Source: Marsupella aquatica
Lineage: Eukaryota; Plantae; Marchantiophyta
DNA: 64,000 bases
NCBI GenBank assembly: GCA_973895155.1
Contig: OZ316892.1
Coordinates: 27,366,307 to 27,430,306 of the forward strand
Direction of reading: 5' to 3'
The notes under the pieces are model-generated. The model was given only the letters and a program-made list of their open reading frames with translations, was not told the origin of the DNA and made no database searches. Positions 1 through 14,168 of the stretch are shown here, piece after piece. Positions within the stretch are counted from its first letter, which is position 1. Each line of letters opens with the position of its first letter. Both the position numbers and the translations under genes were made by a program.

Positions 1-3000
1 CACATCTTAGGAGGAGAAAATCAATTTATGGCATGCTCGGCTTGGTCACATGAGTGAAAAAAAGTTTGGAAATTTTACACAAGCGACATCTCCTACCAGG
101 ATTGCAAGCATGCAAGTTGAGTTTTTGTGATCATTGCATTGTCGGTAAGAAAACAATAACTCCATTTGTGACTGCTATTCATCATTCTAAAGTTGTACTT
201 GAGTATATTCATTCCGATGTGTGGGGTCCTGCTCCGGTTCCTCACATTCAGGCAAACAATACTATGTATCGTTTATCGATGATTACTCAAGGTATGTTTG
301 GATTTATTTCATTGCCCATAAGTTTGAAGTGCTTTCCATCTTCAAACAATGGGGAGCTCAAGTTGAGACACAGACTGCAAAGAATGTGAGATATCTACGA
401 TCAGATAATGGTGGTGAATACACCTCTGGCGAGTTCAACACGTATTGTGCAAATAAGGGAATTACTCACCATCTCACAACTATGTACACTCCTGAGCAAA
501 ATGGTGTTGCTGAGCGACTTAACCGCACATTGTTGGAGCGAGCAAGGAGCATGTTGAGCCACTCTAAATTGCCACAAATCTTTTGGGCGAAAGCTGTGAA
601 CATTGTTGCTTATCTAGTAAATCTCTCTCCTAGTCGAGCAATTACTTACAAAACCCCCTTTGAGTTATGGCACAATCGACCTGCTGATTATTCAAAGCTT
701 AGGGTTTTTGGCTGTGAAGCATATGCACATGTTCCTAGCAACAATAGGACTAAGCTAGATTCTAGAGCCCAGAAATGCATTTTTCTTGGTTATCAGCATG
801 AAGTTAAAGGTTATCGGTTGTGGGATCCAGTTGATTGCAAGTTACTTGTTAGTCGGGATGTATCCTTCAATGAAGAAAAATCATTGAAGGAGGGGGAGAT
901 AGATCAATTCCCTACTACTAACAAAGAGCAATCTCCTCCTCTAGAGGATTTAAGGGGAAAGGATGTGTCAGATGAAGAATATGTTGACACCACTATAAGG
1001 CAAAGCACACTACAATCAGATTAGCCAGAGTCTTCAGTGCGAAGAGGAACTCGCAAACGTCAAGCCCGAGAAAGGTATGGAACTTGGCTTCCTTCTGATC
1101 AAGTGGATTTGGATGAAGAATCTATTGATGCATTGGTGACAGAAGATGGAGATCCATCCTCATTTCGAGAGGTCCTAGCTTCTATGGAGAAGCAACAATG
1201 GCAGGCGGCGATGCGCATGGAAATGAAATCACTTCATGATAACAAGACTTGGGAACTCACAAGTCTACCTAGTGACAAGCAGGCTGTTGACAGCAAGTGG
1301 GTGTATAGAAAGAAAGATGGACCCACGGAGGATGCTGAGAAGATATTTAAGGCTCGGTTGGTAGCCAAGGGTTTTACTCAACAGAAAGGTATAGACTACA
1401 ATGAGGTTTTTTCACCCGTAGCAAAGCATTCAACAATATGTTTGCTATGTGCTCTTGTAGTTTTATTTGATCTAGTTTTAGATCAAATGGATGTTGTCAC
1501 GACATTCTTATATGGATCGTTGGATGAGGTGATTTACATGAGGCAACCAGAGGGTTTTGTACAAAAGGGCAAGGAAAATTTGGTATGCAGATTGCTAAAA
1601 TCCTTGTATGGATTAAAGCAGAGCCCAAGGCAGTGGAACAAGCGTTTTGATGAATTTTTGAAATCGCTTGGATTTGTGCAAAGCGTGTACGATCCATGTG
1701 TTTACATCAGGCGTGTGAACAACACAGGTTTTAAGTTTGTCATCCTTGTACTTTATGTGGATGACATGCTCATTGCAGCAAAGGATAGGGGCGAAGTTGA
1801 TAAGCTTAAGGCCCAACTCAGTTCTGAGTTTAAGACGAAGGACTTGGGCACAGCCAAGAGGATCCTAGGCATGGAGATTGTCAGGGATGTGAACAAAGCC
1901 AAACTTTGGCTGACGCAAAAACGATATGCAGAGAAGGTGCTCTCAAAATTCAACATGGCAGATGCTAAGGCTGTGAGTGTTCCTTTGGCAAGGCATTTCA
2001 ATATTTCTGCAGCATTTTGTCCATCGGATGCAACAGAAAAAAGTTTGATGTCCAAAGTTCCTTATGAAAGTGCTGTGGGCAGTTTAATGTATCTCATGGT
2101 ATGCACCCGACCAGACATAGCTTATGCCGTTAGCAAGGTAAGCAGATACATGACAAATCCAGGAAAAGTCCATTGGGAAGCAGTGAAATGGATTTTGCGC
2201 TACATCAGAGGTTCCACTAAGAAGGGTTTATTGTTTGATGCAAGTTCAAACAATATGAAAGTGCTTCAAGGTTATGTGGATGCAGACTACGCAAGTGATC
2301 TGGATAAGAGGAGATCAACAATTGGATATGTATTTACACTTGCTGGTGGATGCATTAGTTGGAAGTCTACTCTCCAAAAGTGTGTTGCAAAGTCTACTAT
2401 GGATGCCGAGTATGTAGCGGCAGCAGAAGCAGCATCAGAGACCATTTGGTTGAAAAAGCTTGTCAAAGAGATGGGTTTATCACAAGATTCTGTGTATCTT
2501 CATTGTGACAGTCAAAGTGCAATTTACACTGCCAAGAATCAGGTGATGGATGGCAGGGTAAAGCACATTGATGTCCGCTATCATTTCATCCGACAGGCAT
2601 TATCGGATGATGAATTTGAGCTTGTCAAGATTGATGGAAAGCTTAATCCAGCGGATGCTTTTACCAAAGTATTAGACTCCAATAGTTTTTCAAGGCATTG
2701 TAATTATTTACAAATATTGTAAATAGAGTTAACCAAGAAATTGTCTCTATATGAGTACTCCATCCGATGGCTTATCGGCTACGGCTTAGTTCTAGTTAAC
2801 CCTTGCATTAGGAGGAGGGCCTTTTGGCCTTATTGTCTTGAACTTCCCGCGGAGGAACTTGTAAGGAAAAGACAATATTATGAACCGTCCCAAGACGTGA
2901 GTCAAGGGGGAGTTTGTAGAGGTTAACTCAGTCTTGGGTTGAACTATGGTTAGGATGTTAACTAGGGTTAGAGTAAACCCTAGTTGAAGAGATTGATCCT

Positions 3001-3240
3001 TATCTCTTCAACTTGTATGTGGTGTGAGAACACACACAAGAGAGTTCTCAAGAGAGAACACAGGGATATAGCAAGAGATGAGAGCTTGAAGAGATGAGAG
3101 CTATGGTGATGCTTGAGTACACACATAACCGCTAATAAAGCTTGGTCTTCCCGTGGACGTAGCCAACCTTGAGGCAAACCACGTAACTATTGAGCACGTG
3201 CATGTTTGGAGTGTTTTTCCTGATCTGATTTCTCCCCACA
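1..3240 (+). mobile_element. Ty1/copia LTR retrotransposon, tandem copy 1 (5' part outside window): integrase, RT, RNase H, PPT, LTR
   Basis: Integrase motifs (LWHARLGH, HSDVWGP, LRSDNGGEY, PEQNGVAER), RT (KARLVAKG, SLYGLKQSPRQW, YVDD), RNase H (YVDAD, CDSQSAI, KHID, ADAFTK) in copia order. Near-identical to 5628-8867 (offset 5627). Confidence 0.97.
2915..3240 (+). repeat. LTR (326 bp), internal/shared
   Basis: Starts TGTAG after the PPT, ends CACA before ATTGGTATCAGAGC. Contains AATAAA and the CCCGTGGACGTAGCC...AACCACGT motif. Confidence 0.95.
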
Positions 3241-3242
3241 AT

Positions 3243-3254
3243 TGGTATCAGAGC
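3243..3254 (+). promoter_or_regulatory. Primer-binding site, initiator tRNA-Met type (also at 8870-8881)
   Basis: TGGTATCAGAGC 2 nt after the LTR end; canonical plant copia PBS. Confidence 0.93.
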
Positions 3255-4315
3255 TCAGATTTTTTCAGTCGATTAGGAACTCCATAGAACTTGCTTCAAG
3301 TAGAGCGAACAGCGGATGATTTCCTCTTCAAAGCGGAGCTATTGGAAGAAGATCAGACTCAATCTTCTCACAAGTGTGGAGCACACAACTAGGGGCTCAT
3401 TTCAGTGAAGCAATGAAGGCCTGAGGTCAAAAACGGAAACAATTGTAAGTGACGGTTTTCAATTTACGTTATCGGGCAAGAGATAAGGTCAATTTCTCAG
3501 ATCAGTCTTTTTGATTGTTCTATCGGGACTTGAAACTGAGACACGCTTGAGCGCCTCGTCTTTCTAGATGTTTCGATATCAACATCGCTGAATTTTGTCA
3601 AACGGTTGAGAAGTAATCTTAATTTCAATTCTTGTTTTTTTGAGCTCAAAACTTTCAATGAATCGTTTCTCCCTCATTATTCCACCGTTTTGCGAGTTCT
3701 TTATATCGATCTTGATGCCCTCAAAGTCTAGTTTCTGAATCTGAAATCAAAATTGGATTTGGTCAAAAACTGAGACGGGAATTTGAGTGAATCCACCGAG
3801 GAGTACTTTCTGTCGCGAGTAGTCGCGACTTCCGCGGACGCGCGAGGAGGTCGAAAACTTCGAGGAGGCCTTTTAGGGCTCGACAAGGCTCGGGCAGGGG
3901 GAAGTGCCCCCTGTGAATTTCCCCCACAGGGGCTGTACAAGGGCGGAGCGGCAAACAAAATCGAATCAACTTCAACTTTTGGAGAGGTGTACTTGGGGAA
4001 GCTAGGCAAGCATTGGTGTGCTCAATTTTGGAAACGCATAGTAGTGGAATCTTTGGCATAAAAGATTCCCTCGAGGGGTATTTATTTCATTTTTTACCCC
4101 CCTTCGGTTAGAGTAAAAATTCTCGGCACTCGAGAGTCTGTTTGACAAACCGTTTTCAGCATTTGGAGCGTTACCTTGTGGGCTACACACAAGAGTGATC
4201 AGTTTCAAAATTCACCAACTTTCATTTTTGGCCTTATTTTCACACCCCGCATTTGAGCATTCGACGTTTATTTCTTGTTGGAAGGCAACTCCACACTACA
4301 TTTGGCATTCTAGCG

Positions 4316-7300
4316 ATGGCGACTACTAGGATTGGAGGTCAAAGGTTTGAGGTGGAAAAATTTGATGGTCGGATGGACTATACAATGTGGGAACGTAACG
4401 TGAGGGATGCACTTAGGGCGATGGGCCTAGGCAAGGTACTAAGATCTCAACCCAAGGAGATGGAAGATGATGATTGGCATGATCTTCAAGATCAAGCGGT
4501 AAGCATTGTTGGAATGTACCTGAAAAACAATGTGAAGAAGCAGTTCGAGGAAAAATCAACACAAACGGTGACGGACTTATTTCAAGCATTGCGCAACAAG
4601 TACTACAAGAAGGAGATGTCAAACCGAATGTATGCAAGCCTGAAGCTCATGCAATTCAAAATGGCTGATGGAGTCAAGATTCAAGATCATATCGATCAGT
4701 TCAATGATCTTGTGGTTGACCTAGAGAATTTGGGGGAGCATTTGAGCGAAGAAAAGAAAGCCTTACAACTCTTGAGTTCACTACCACCTTCATACCAATC
4801 TTTGTCTCGAGTTCTTCTATTCCGTGATAAGACAACTATATCCTACAATGATGTGGTGAGTGTCCTGTTGACCGATGATATGCAATCTAAGCTGGTTTCT
4901 TCAGCTCATCCTACCTCAACCTCATCATCAACAGCACTGTTGGTAGAAAGAGGCAAATCAAGGGAGCCATCTCATGAAAACAAAAGGTTTAACCCACTTC
5001 CATGGAGCGAGGAAGGTTCCACGACCGATCTTTTGATAGGAGGAGGTTTAGATCCAGATCTAGATCTCGATCCAAATCACCATCCAAGTCTACTCGTGAG
5101 ATAAAGTGTTGGAAGTGTGATAAAGTGGGCCACATGAAGAAGGATTGTTGCGTCAAAGACACATTCAAGGAAGTTGCCAGTTCTTTAGCCCAAGTAGTTG
5201 TTCGAGAAGAGGATAGTGAAGGATTTGCATTGTGTACCACTTCCCAAGTTGAGGATTGTCAATGGATTTTGGATTCCGCTTGCTCGTATCACATATGTTA
5301 CATGCGTGAATTTTTCTCATCCTACACTCCTATCAACGGATCTGTTTTGATGGGAAATAATCATTCTTGCAAAGTTTTAGGGATTGGATCCGTAAAGATT
5401 CAACTACCTGATGGCAAGTACTGTACTCTATCAAATGTCAGACACATTCCAGAAATGTGTAAGAATTTGATTTCTCTTGGCTACTTGGATGCGAAGGGTT
5501 ATCAATGGAGTGCAACTGATGGGGTGTTAACAGTCACGCATGGATCAACTGAAGTTCTTATTGGCAAGAGAAAAAGAAACATCTATGTCTTGGAAGGCAT
5601 CACCCTTCCTGCCGAAGTCAATTTGGTCACATCTTAGGAGGAGAAAATCAATTTATGGCATGCTCGGCTTGGTCACATGAGTGAAAAAAAGTTTGGAAAT
5701 TTTACACAAGCGACATCTCCTACCAGGATTGCAAGCATGCAAGTTGAGTTTTTGTGATCATTGCATTGTCGGTAAGAAAACAATAACTCCATTTGTGACT
5801 GCTATTCATCATTCTAAAGTTGTACTTGAGTATATTCATTCCGATGTGTGGGGTCCTGCTCCGGTTCCTCACATTCAGGCAAACAATACTATGTATCGTT
5901 TATCGATGATTACTCAAGGTATGTTTGGATTTATTTCATTGCCCATAAGTTTGAAGTGCTTTCCATCTTCAAACAATGGGGAGCTCAAGTTGAGACACAG
6001 ACTGCAAAGAATGTGAGATATCTACGATCAGATAATGGTGGTGAATACACCTCTGGCGAGTTCAACACGTATTGTGCAAATAAGGGAATTACTCACCATC
6101 TCACAACTGTGTACACTCCTGAGCAAAATGGTGTTGCTGAGCGACTTAACCGCACATTGTTGGAGCGAGCAAGGAGCATGTTGAGCCACTCTAAATTGCC
6201 ACAAATCTTTTGGGCGAAAGCTGTGAACATTGTTGCTTATCTAGTAAATCTCTCTCCTAGTCGAGCAATTACTTACAAAACCCCCTTTGAGTTATGGCAC
6301 AATCGACCTGCTGATTATTCAAAGCTTAGGGTTTTTGGCTGTGAAGCATATGCACATGTTCCTAGCAACAATAGGACTAAGCTAGATTCTAGAGCCCAGA
6401 AATGCATTTTTCTTGGTTATCAGCATGAAGTTAAAGGTTATCGGTTGTGGGATCCAGTTGATTGCAAGTTACTTGTTAGTCGGGATGTATCCTTCAATGA
6501 AGAAAAATCATTGAAGGAGGGGGAGATAGATCAATTCCCTACTACTAACAAAGAGCAATCTCCTCCTCTAGAGGATTTAAGGGGAAAGGATGTGTCAGAT
6601 GAAGAATATGTTGACACCACTATAAGGCAAAGCACACTACAATCAGATTAGCCAGAGTCTTCAGTGCGAAGAGGAACTCGCAAACGTCAAGCCCGAGAAA
6701 GGTATGGAACTTGGCTTCCTTCTGATCAAGTGGATTTGGATGAAGAATCTATTGATGCATTGGTGACAGAAGATGGAGATCCATCCTCATTTCGAGAGGT
6801 CCTAGCTTCTATGGAGAAGCAACAATGGCAGGCGGCGATGCGCATGGAAATGAAATCACTTCATGATAACAAGACTTGGGAACTCACAAGTCTACCTAGT
6901 GACAAGCAGGCTGTTGACAGCAAGTGGGTGTATAGAAAGAAAGATGGACCCACGGAGGATGCTGAGAAGATATTTAAGGCTCGGTTGGTAGCCAAGGGTT
7001 TTACTCAACAGAAAGGTATAGACTACAATGAGGTTTTTTCACCCGTAGCAAAGCATTCAACAATATGTTTGCTATGTGCTCTTGTAGTTTTATTTGATCT
7101 AGTTTTAGATCAAATGGATGTTGTCACGACATTCTTATATGGATCGTTGGATGAGGTGATTTACATGAGGCAACCAGAGGGTTTTGTACAAAAGGGCAAG
7201 GAAAATTTGGTATGCAGATTGCTAAAATCCTTGTATGGATTAAAGCAGAGCCCAAGGCAGTGGAACAAGCGTTTTGATGAATTTTTGAAATCGCTTGGAT

Positions 7301-8349
7301 TTGTGCAAAGCGTGTACGATCCATGTGTTTACATCAGGCGTGTGAACAACACAGGTTTTAAGTTTGTCATCCTTGTACTTTATGTGGATGACATGCTCAT
7401 TGCAGCAAAGGATAGGGGCGAAGTTGATAAGCTTAAGGCCCAACTCAGTTCTGAGTTTAAGACGAAGGACTTGGGCACAGCCAAGAGGATCCTAGGCATG
7501 GAGATTGTCAGGGATGTGAACAAAGCCAAACTTTGGCTGACGCAAAAACGATATGCAGAGAAGGTGCTCTCAAAATTCAACATGGCAGATGCTAAGGCTG
7601 TGAGTGTTCCTTTGGCAAGGCATTTCAATATTTCTGCAGCATTTTGTCCATCGGATGCAACAGAAAAAAGTTTGATGTCCAAAGTTCCTTATGAAAGTGC
7701 TGTGGGCAGTTTAATGTATCTCATGGTATGCACCCGACCAGACATAGCTTATGCCGTTAGCAAGGTAAGCAGATACATGACAAATCCAGGAAAAGTCCAT
7801 TGGGAAGCAGTGAAATGGATTTTGCGCTACATCAGAGGTTCCACTAAGAAGGGTTTATTGTTTGATGCAAGTTCAAACAATATGAAAGTGCTTCAAGGTT
7901 ATGTGGATGCAGACTACGCAGGTGATCTGGATAAGAGGAGATCAACAATTGGATATGTATTTACACTTGCTGGTGGATGCATTAGTTGGAAGTCTACTCT
8001 CCAAAAGTGTGTTGCAAAGTCTACTATGGATGCCGAGTATGTAGCGGCAGCAGAAGCAGCATCAGAGACCATTTGGTTGAAAAAGCTTGTCAAAGAGATG
8101 GGTTTATCACAAGATTCTGTGTATCTTCATTGTGACAGTCAAAGTGCAATTTACACTGCCAAGAATCAGGTGATGGATGGCAGGGTAAAGCACATTGATG
8201 TCCGCTATCATTTCATCCGACAGGCATTATCGGATGATGAATTTGAGCTTGTCAAGATTGATGGAAAGCTTAATCCAGCGGATGCTTTTACCAAAGTATT
8301 AGACTCCAATAGTTTTTCAAGGCATTGTAATTATTTACAAATATTGTAA
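4316..8349 (+). pseudogene. Disrupted gag-pol polyprotein of copy 2 (equivalent 9943-13976 in copy 3; <1-2722 in copy 1)
   Basis: Frameshift near 4990-5002, TAG at 5635-5637, frameshift in the A-run at ~5684-5690, frameshift near 5865, TAG at 6649-6651. The RT-RH segment 6664-8349 is open. Confidence 0.93.
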
Positions 8350-8541
8350 ATAGAGTTAACCAAGAAATTGTCTCTATATGAGTACTCCATCCGATGGCTT
8401 ATCGGCTACGGCTTAGTTCTAGTTAACCCTTGCATTAGGAGGAGGGCCTTTTGGCCTTATTGTCTTGAACTTCCCGCGGAGGAACTTGTAAGGAAAAGAC
8501 AATATTATGAACCGTCCCAAGACGTGAGTCAAGGGGGAGTT

Positions 8542-8867
8542 TGTAGAGGTTAACTCAGTCTTGGGTTGAACTATGGTTAGGATGTTAACTAGGGTTAGAG
8601 TAAACCCTAGTTGAAGAGATTGATCCTTATCTCTTCAACTTGTATGTGGTGTGAGAACACACACAAGAGAGTTCTCAAGAGAGAACACAGGGATATAGCA
8701 AGAGATGAGAGCTTGAAGAGATGAGAGCTATGGTGATGCTTGAGTACACACATAACCGCTAATAAAGCTTGGTCTTCCCGTGGACGTAGCCAACCTTGAG
8801 GCAAACCACGTAACTATTGAGCACGTGCATGTTTGGAGTGTTTTTCCTGATCTGATTTCTCCCCACA
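8542..8867 (+). repeat. LTR (326 bp), internal/shared
   Basis: Appears identical to 2915-3240; preceded by PPT, followed by PBS. Confidence 0.95.
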
Positions 8868-11800
8868 ATTGGTATCAGAGCTCAGATTTTTTCAGTCGAT
8901 TAGGAACTCCATAGAACTTGCTTCAAGTAGAGCGAACAGCGGATGATTTCCTCTTCAAAGCGGAGCTATTGGAAGAAGATCAGACTCAATCTTCTCACAA
9001 GTGTGGAGCACACAACTAGGGGCTCATTTCAGTGAAGCAATGAAGGCCTGAGGTCAAAAACGGAAACAATTGTAAGTGACGGTTTTCAATTTACGTTATC
9101 GGGCAAGAGATAAGGTCAATTTCTCAGATCAGTCTTTTTGATTGTTCTATCGGGACTTGAAACTGAGACACGCTTGAGCGCCTCGTCTTTCTAGATGTTT
9201 CGATATCAACATCGCTGAATTTTGTCAAACGGTTGAGAAGTAATCTTAATTTCAATTCTTGTTTTTTTGAGCTCAAAACTTTCAATGAATCGTTTCTCCC
9301 TCATTATTCCACCGTTTTGCGAGTTCTTTATATCGATCTTGATGCCCTCAAAGTCTAGTTTCTGAATCTGAAATCAAAATTGGATTTGGTCAAAAACTGA
9401 GACGGGAATTTGAGTGAATCCACCGAGGAGTACTTTCTGTCGCGAGTAGTCGCGACTTCCGCGGACGCGCGAGGAGGTCGAAAACTTCGAGGAGGCCTTT
9501 TAGGGCTCGACAAGGCTCGGGCAGGGGGAAGTGCCCCCTGTGAATTTCCCCCACAGGGGCTGTACAAGGGCGGAGCGGCAAACAAAATCGAATCAACTTC
9601 AACTTTTGGAGAGGTGTACTTGGGGAAGCTAGGCAAGCATTGGTGTGCTCAATTTTGGAAACGCATAGTAGTGGAATCTTTGGCATAAAAGATTCCCTCG
9701 AGGGGTATTTATTTCATTTTTTACCCCCCTTCGGTTAGAGTAAAAATTCTCGGCACTCGAGAGTCTGTTTGACAAACCGTTTTCAGCATTTGGAGCGTTA
9801 CCTTGTGGGCTACACACAAGAGTGATCAGTTTCAAAATTCACCAACTTTCATTTTTGGCCTTATTTTCACACCCCGCATTTGAGCATTCGACGTTTATTT
9901 CTTGTTGGAAGGCAACTCCACACTACATTTGGCATTCTAGCGATGGCGACTACTAGGATTGGAGGTCAAAGGTTTGAGGTGGAAAAATTTGATGGTCGGA
10001 TGGACTATACAATGTGGGAACGTAACGTGAGGGATGCACTTAGGGCGATGGGCCTAGGCAAGGTACTAAGATCTCAACCCAAGGAGATGGAAGATGATGA
10101 TTGGCATGATCTTCAAGATCAAGCGGTAAGCATTGTTGGAATGTACCTGAAAAACAATGTGAAGAAGCAGTTCGAGGAAAAATCAACACAAACGGTGACG
10201 GACTTATTTCAAGCATTGCGCAACAAGTACTACAAGAAGGAGATGTCAAACCGAATGTATGCAAGCCTGAAGCTCATGCAATTCAAAATGGCTGATGGAG
10301 TCAAGATTCAAGATCATATCGATCAGTTCAATGATCTTGTGGTTGACCTAGAGAATTTGGGGGAGCATTTGAGCGAAGAAAAGAAAGCCTTACAACTCTT
10401 GAGTTCACTACCACCTTCATACCAATCTTTGTCTCGAGTTCTTCTATTCCGTGATAAGACAACTATATCCTACAATGATGTGGTGAGTGTCCTGTTGACC
10501 GATGATATGCAATCTAAGCTGGTTTCTTCAGCTCATCCTACCTCAACCTCATCATCAACAGCACTGTTGGTAGAAAGAGGCAAATCAAGGGAGCCATCTC
10601 ATGAAAACAAAAGGTTTAACCCACTTCCATGGAGCGAGGAAGGTTCCACGACCGATCTTTTGATAGGAGGAGGTTTAGATCCAGATCTAGATCTCGATCC
10701 AAATCACCATCCAAGTCTACTCGTGAGATAAAGTGTTGGAAGTGTGATAAAGTGGGCCACATGAAGAAGGATTGTTGCGTCAAAGACACATTCAAGGAAG
10801 TTGCCAGTTCTTTAGCCCAAGTAGTTGTTCGAGAAGAGGATAGTGAAGGATTTGCATTGTGTACCACTTCCCAAGTTGAGGATTGTCAATGGATTTTGGA
10901 TTCCGCTTGCTCGTATCACATATGTTACATGCGTGAATTTTTCTCATCCTACACTCCTATCAACGGATCTGTTTTGATGGGAAATAATCATTCTTGCAAA
11001 GTTTTAGGGATTGGATCCGTAAAGATTCAACTACCTGATGGCAAGTACTGTACTCTATCAAATGTCAGACACATTCCAGAAATGTGTAAGAATTTGATTT
11101 CTCTTGGCTACTTGGATGCGAAGGGTTATCAATGGAGTGCAACTGATGGGGTGTTAACAGTCACGCATGGATCAACTGAAGTTCTTATTGGCAAGAGAAA
11201 AAGAAACATCTATGTCTTGGAAGGCATCACCCTTCCTGCCGAAGTCAATTTGGTCACATCTTAGGAGGAGAAAATCAATTTATGGCATGCTCGGCTTGGT
11301 CACATGAGTGAAAAAAAGTTTGGAAATTTTACACAAGCGACATCTCCTACCAGGATTGCAAGCATGCAAGTTGAGTTTTTGTGATCATTGCATTGTCGGT
11401 AAGAAAACAATAACTCCATTTGTGACTGCTATTCATCATTCTAAAGTTGTACTTGAGTATATTCATTCCGATGTGTGGGGTCCTGCTCCGGTTCCTCACA
11501 TTCAGGCAAACAATACTATGTATCGTTTATCGATGATTACTCAAGGTATGTTTGGATTTATTTCATTGCCCATAAGTTTGAAGTGCTTTCCATCTTCAAA
11601 CAATGGGGAGCTCAAGTTGAGACACAGACTGCAAAGAATGTGAGATATCTACGATCAGATAATGGTGGTGAATACACCTCTGGCGAGTTCAACACGTATT
11701 GTGCAAATAAGGGAATTACTCACCATCTCACAACTGTGTACACTCCTGAGCAAAATGGTGTTGCTGAGCGACTTAACCGCACATTGTTGGAGCGAGCAAG

Positions 11801-14168
11801 GAGCATGTTGAGCCACTCTAAATTGCCACAAATCTTTTGGGCGAAAGCTGTGAACATTGTTGCTTATCTAGTAAATCTCTCTCCTAGTCGAGCAATTACT
11901 TACAAAACCCCCTTTGAGTTATGGCACAATCGACCTGCTGATTATTCAAAGCTTAGGGTTTTTGGCTGTGAAGCATATGCACATGTTCCTAGCAACAATA
12001 GGACTAAGCTAGATTCTAGAGCCCAGAAATGCATTTTTCTTGGTTATCAGCATGAAGTTAAAGGTTATCGGTTGTGGGATCCAGTTGATTGCAAGTTACT
12101 TGTTAGTCGGGATGTATCCTTCAATGAAGAAAAATCATTGAAGGAGGGGGAGATAGATCAATTCCCTACTACTAACAAAGAGCAATCTCCTCCTCTAGAG
12201 GATTTAAGGGGAAAGGATGTGTCAGATGAAGAATATGTTGACACCACTATAAGGCAAAGCACACTACAATCAGATTAGCCAGAGTCTTCAGTGCGAAGAG
12301 GAACTCGCAAACGTCAAGCCCGAGAAAGGTATGGAACTTGGCTTCCTTCTGATCAAGTGGATTTGGATGAAGAATCTATTGATGCATTGGTGACAGAAGA
12401 TGGAGATCCATCCTCATTTCGAGAGGTCCTAGCTTCTATGGAGAAGCAACAATGGCAGGCGGCGATGCGCATGGAAATGAAATCACTTCATGATAACAAG
12501 ACTTGGGAACTCACAAGTCTACCTAGTGACAAGCAGGCTGTTGACAGCAAGTGGGTGTATAGAAAGAAAGATGGACCCACGGAGGATGCTGAGAAGATAT
12601 TTAAGGCTCGGTTGGTAGCCAAGGGTTTTACTCAACAGAAAGGTATAGACTACAATGAGGTTTTTTCACCCGTAGCAAAGCATTCAACAATATGTTTGCT
12701 ATGTGCTCTTGTAGTTTTATTTGATCTAGTTTTAGATCAAATGGATGTTGTCACGACATTCTTATATGGATCGTTGGATGAGGTGATTTACATGAGGCAA
12801 CCAGAGGGTTTTGTACAAAAGGGCAAGGAAAATTTGGTATGCAGATTGCTAAAATCCTTGTATGGATTAAAGCAGAGCCCAAGGCAGTGGAACAAGCGTT
12901 TTGATGAATTTTTGAAATCGCTTGGATTTGTGCAAAGCGTGTACGATCCATGTGTTTACATCAGGCGTGTGAACAACACAGGTTTTAAGTTTGTCATCCT
13001 TGTACTTTATGTGGATGACATGCTCATTGCAGCAAAGGATAGGGGCGAAGTTGATAAGCTTAAGGCCCAACTCAGTTCTGAGTTTAAGACGAAGGACTTG
13101 GGCACAGCCAAGAGGATCCTAGGCATGGAGATTGTTAGGGATGTGAACAAAGCCAAACTTTGGCTGACGCAAAAACGATATGCAGAGAAGGTGCTCTCAA
13201 AATTCAACATGGCAGATGCTAAGGCTGTGAGTGTTCCTTTGGCAAGGCATTTCAATATTTCTGCAGCATTTTGTCCATCGGATGCAACAGAAAAAAGTTT
13301 GATGTCCAAAGTTCCTTATGAAAGTGCTGTGGGCAGTTTAATGTATCTCATGGTATGCACCCGACCAGACATAGCTTATGCCGTTAGCAAGGTAAGCAGA
13401 TACATGACAAATCCAGGAAAAGTCCATTGGGAAGCAGTGAAATGGATTTTGCGCTACATCAGAGGTTCCACTAAGAAGGGTTTATTGTTTGATGCAAGTT
13501 CAAACAATATGAAAGTGCTTCAAGGTTATGTGGATGCAGACTACGCAGGTGATCTGGATAAGAGGAGATCAACAATTGGATATGTATTTACACTTGCTGG
13601 TGGATGCATTAGTTGGAAGTCTACTCTCCAAAAGTGTGTTGCAAAGTCTACTATGGATGCCGAGTATGTAGCGGCAGCAGAAGCAGCATCAGAGACCATT
13701 TGGTTGAAAAAGCTTGTCAAAGAGATGGGTTTATCACAAGATTCTGTGTATCTTCATTGTGACAGTCAAAGTGCAATTTACACTGCCAAGAATCAGGTGA
13801 TGGATGGCAGGGTAAAGCACATTGATGTCCGCTATCATTTCATCCGACAGGCATTATCGGATGATGAATTTGAGCTTGTCAAGATTGATGGAAAGCTTAA
13901 TCCAGCGGATGCTTTTACCAAAGTATTAGACTCCAATAGTTTTTCAAGGCATTGTAATTATTTACAAATATTGTAAATAGAGTTAACCAAGAAATTGTCT
14001 CTATATGAGTACTCCATCCGATGGCTTATCGGCTACGGCTTAGTTCTAGTTAACCCTTGCATTAGGAGGAGGGCCTTTTGGCCTTATTGTCTTGAACTTC
14101 CCGCGGAGGAACTTGTAAGGAAAAGACAATATTATGAACCGTCCCAAGACGTGAGTCAAGGGGGAGTT

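Larger units (their letters stand above)
2915..8867 (+). mobile_element. Ty1/copia LTR retrotransposon, tandem copy 2 (complete, LTRs shared with neighbours), Tork/Tnt1-like
   Basis: LTR 2915-3240, PBS 3243-3254, ~1.07-kb leader, gag from ATG 4316 (RFEVEKFDG..W), zinc knuckle CWKCDKVGHMKKDC, protease WILDSACSYH, integrase, RT-RH ending 8349, PPT AAGGGGGAG, LTR 8542-8867. Lineage call rests on resemblance of the gag N-terminus and LTR motif to Tnt1-type elements. Confidence 0.96.

Noticed and set aside
3728-4208. Short sense and antisense ORFs in the copia leader, and the 61-65 aa ORFs around the LTR, as accessory or env-like genes
   Set aside because: Short, often non-ATG starts, no transmembrane or known motifs; recurrence only reflects the tandem duplication.
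4975-5005. Programmed -1 frameshift between gag and the zinc-knuckle/protease frame
   Set aside because: No properly phased X XXY YYZ heptamer. The shift falls before the gag zinc knuckle, plant copia gag-pol is normally one frame, and four other lesions show decay.
6649-6651. Stop-codon readthrough between integrase and RT
   Set aside because: Context TAG-CCA-GAG is not the CAR-YYA readthrough motif; a simple nonsense mutation is more parsimonious.
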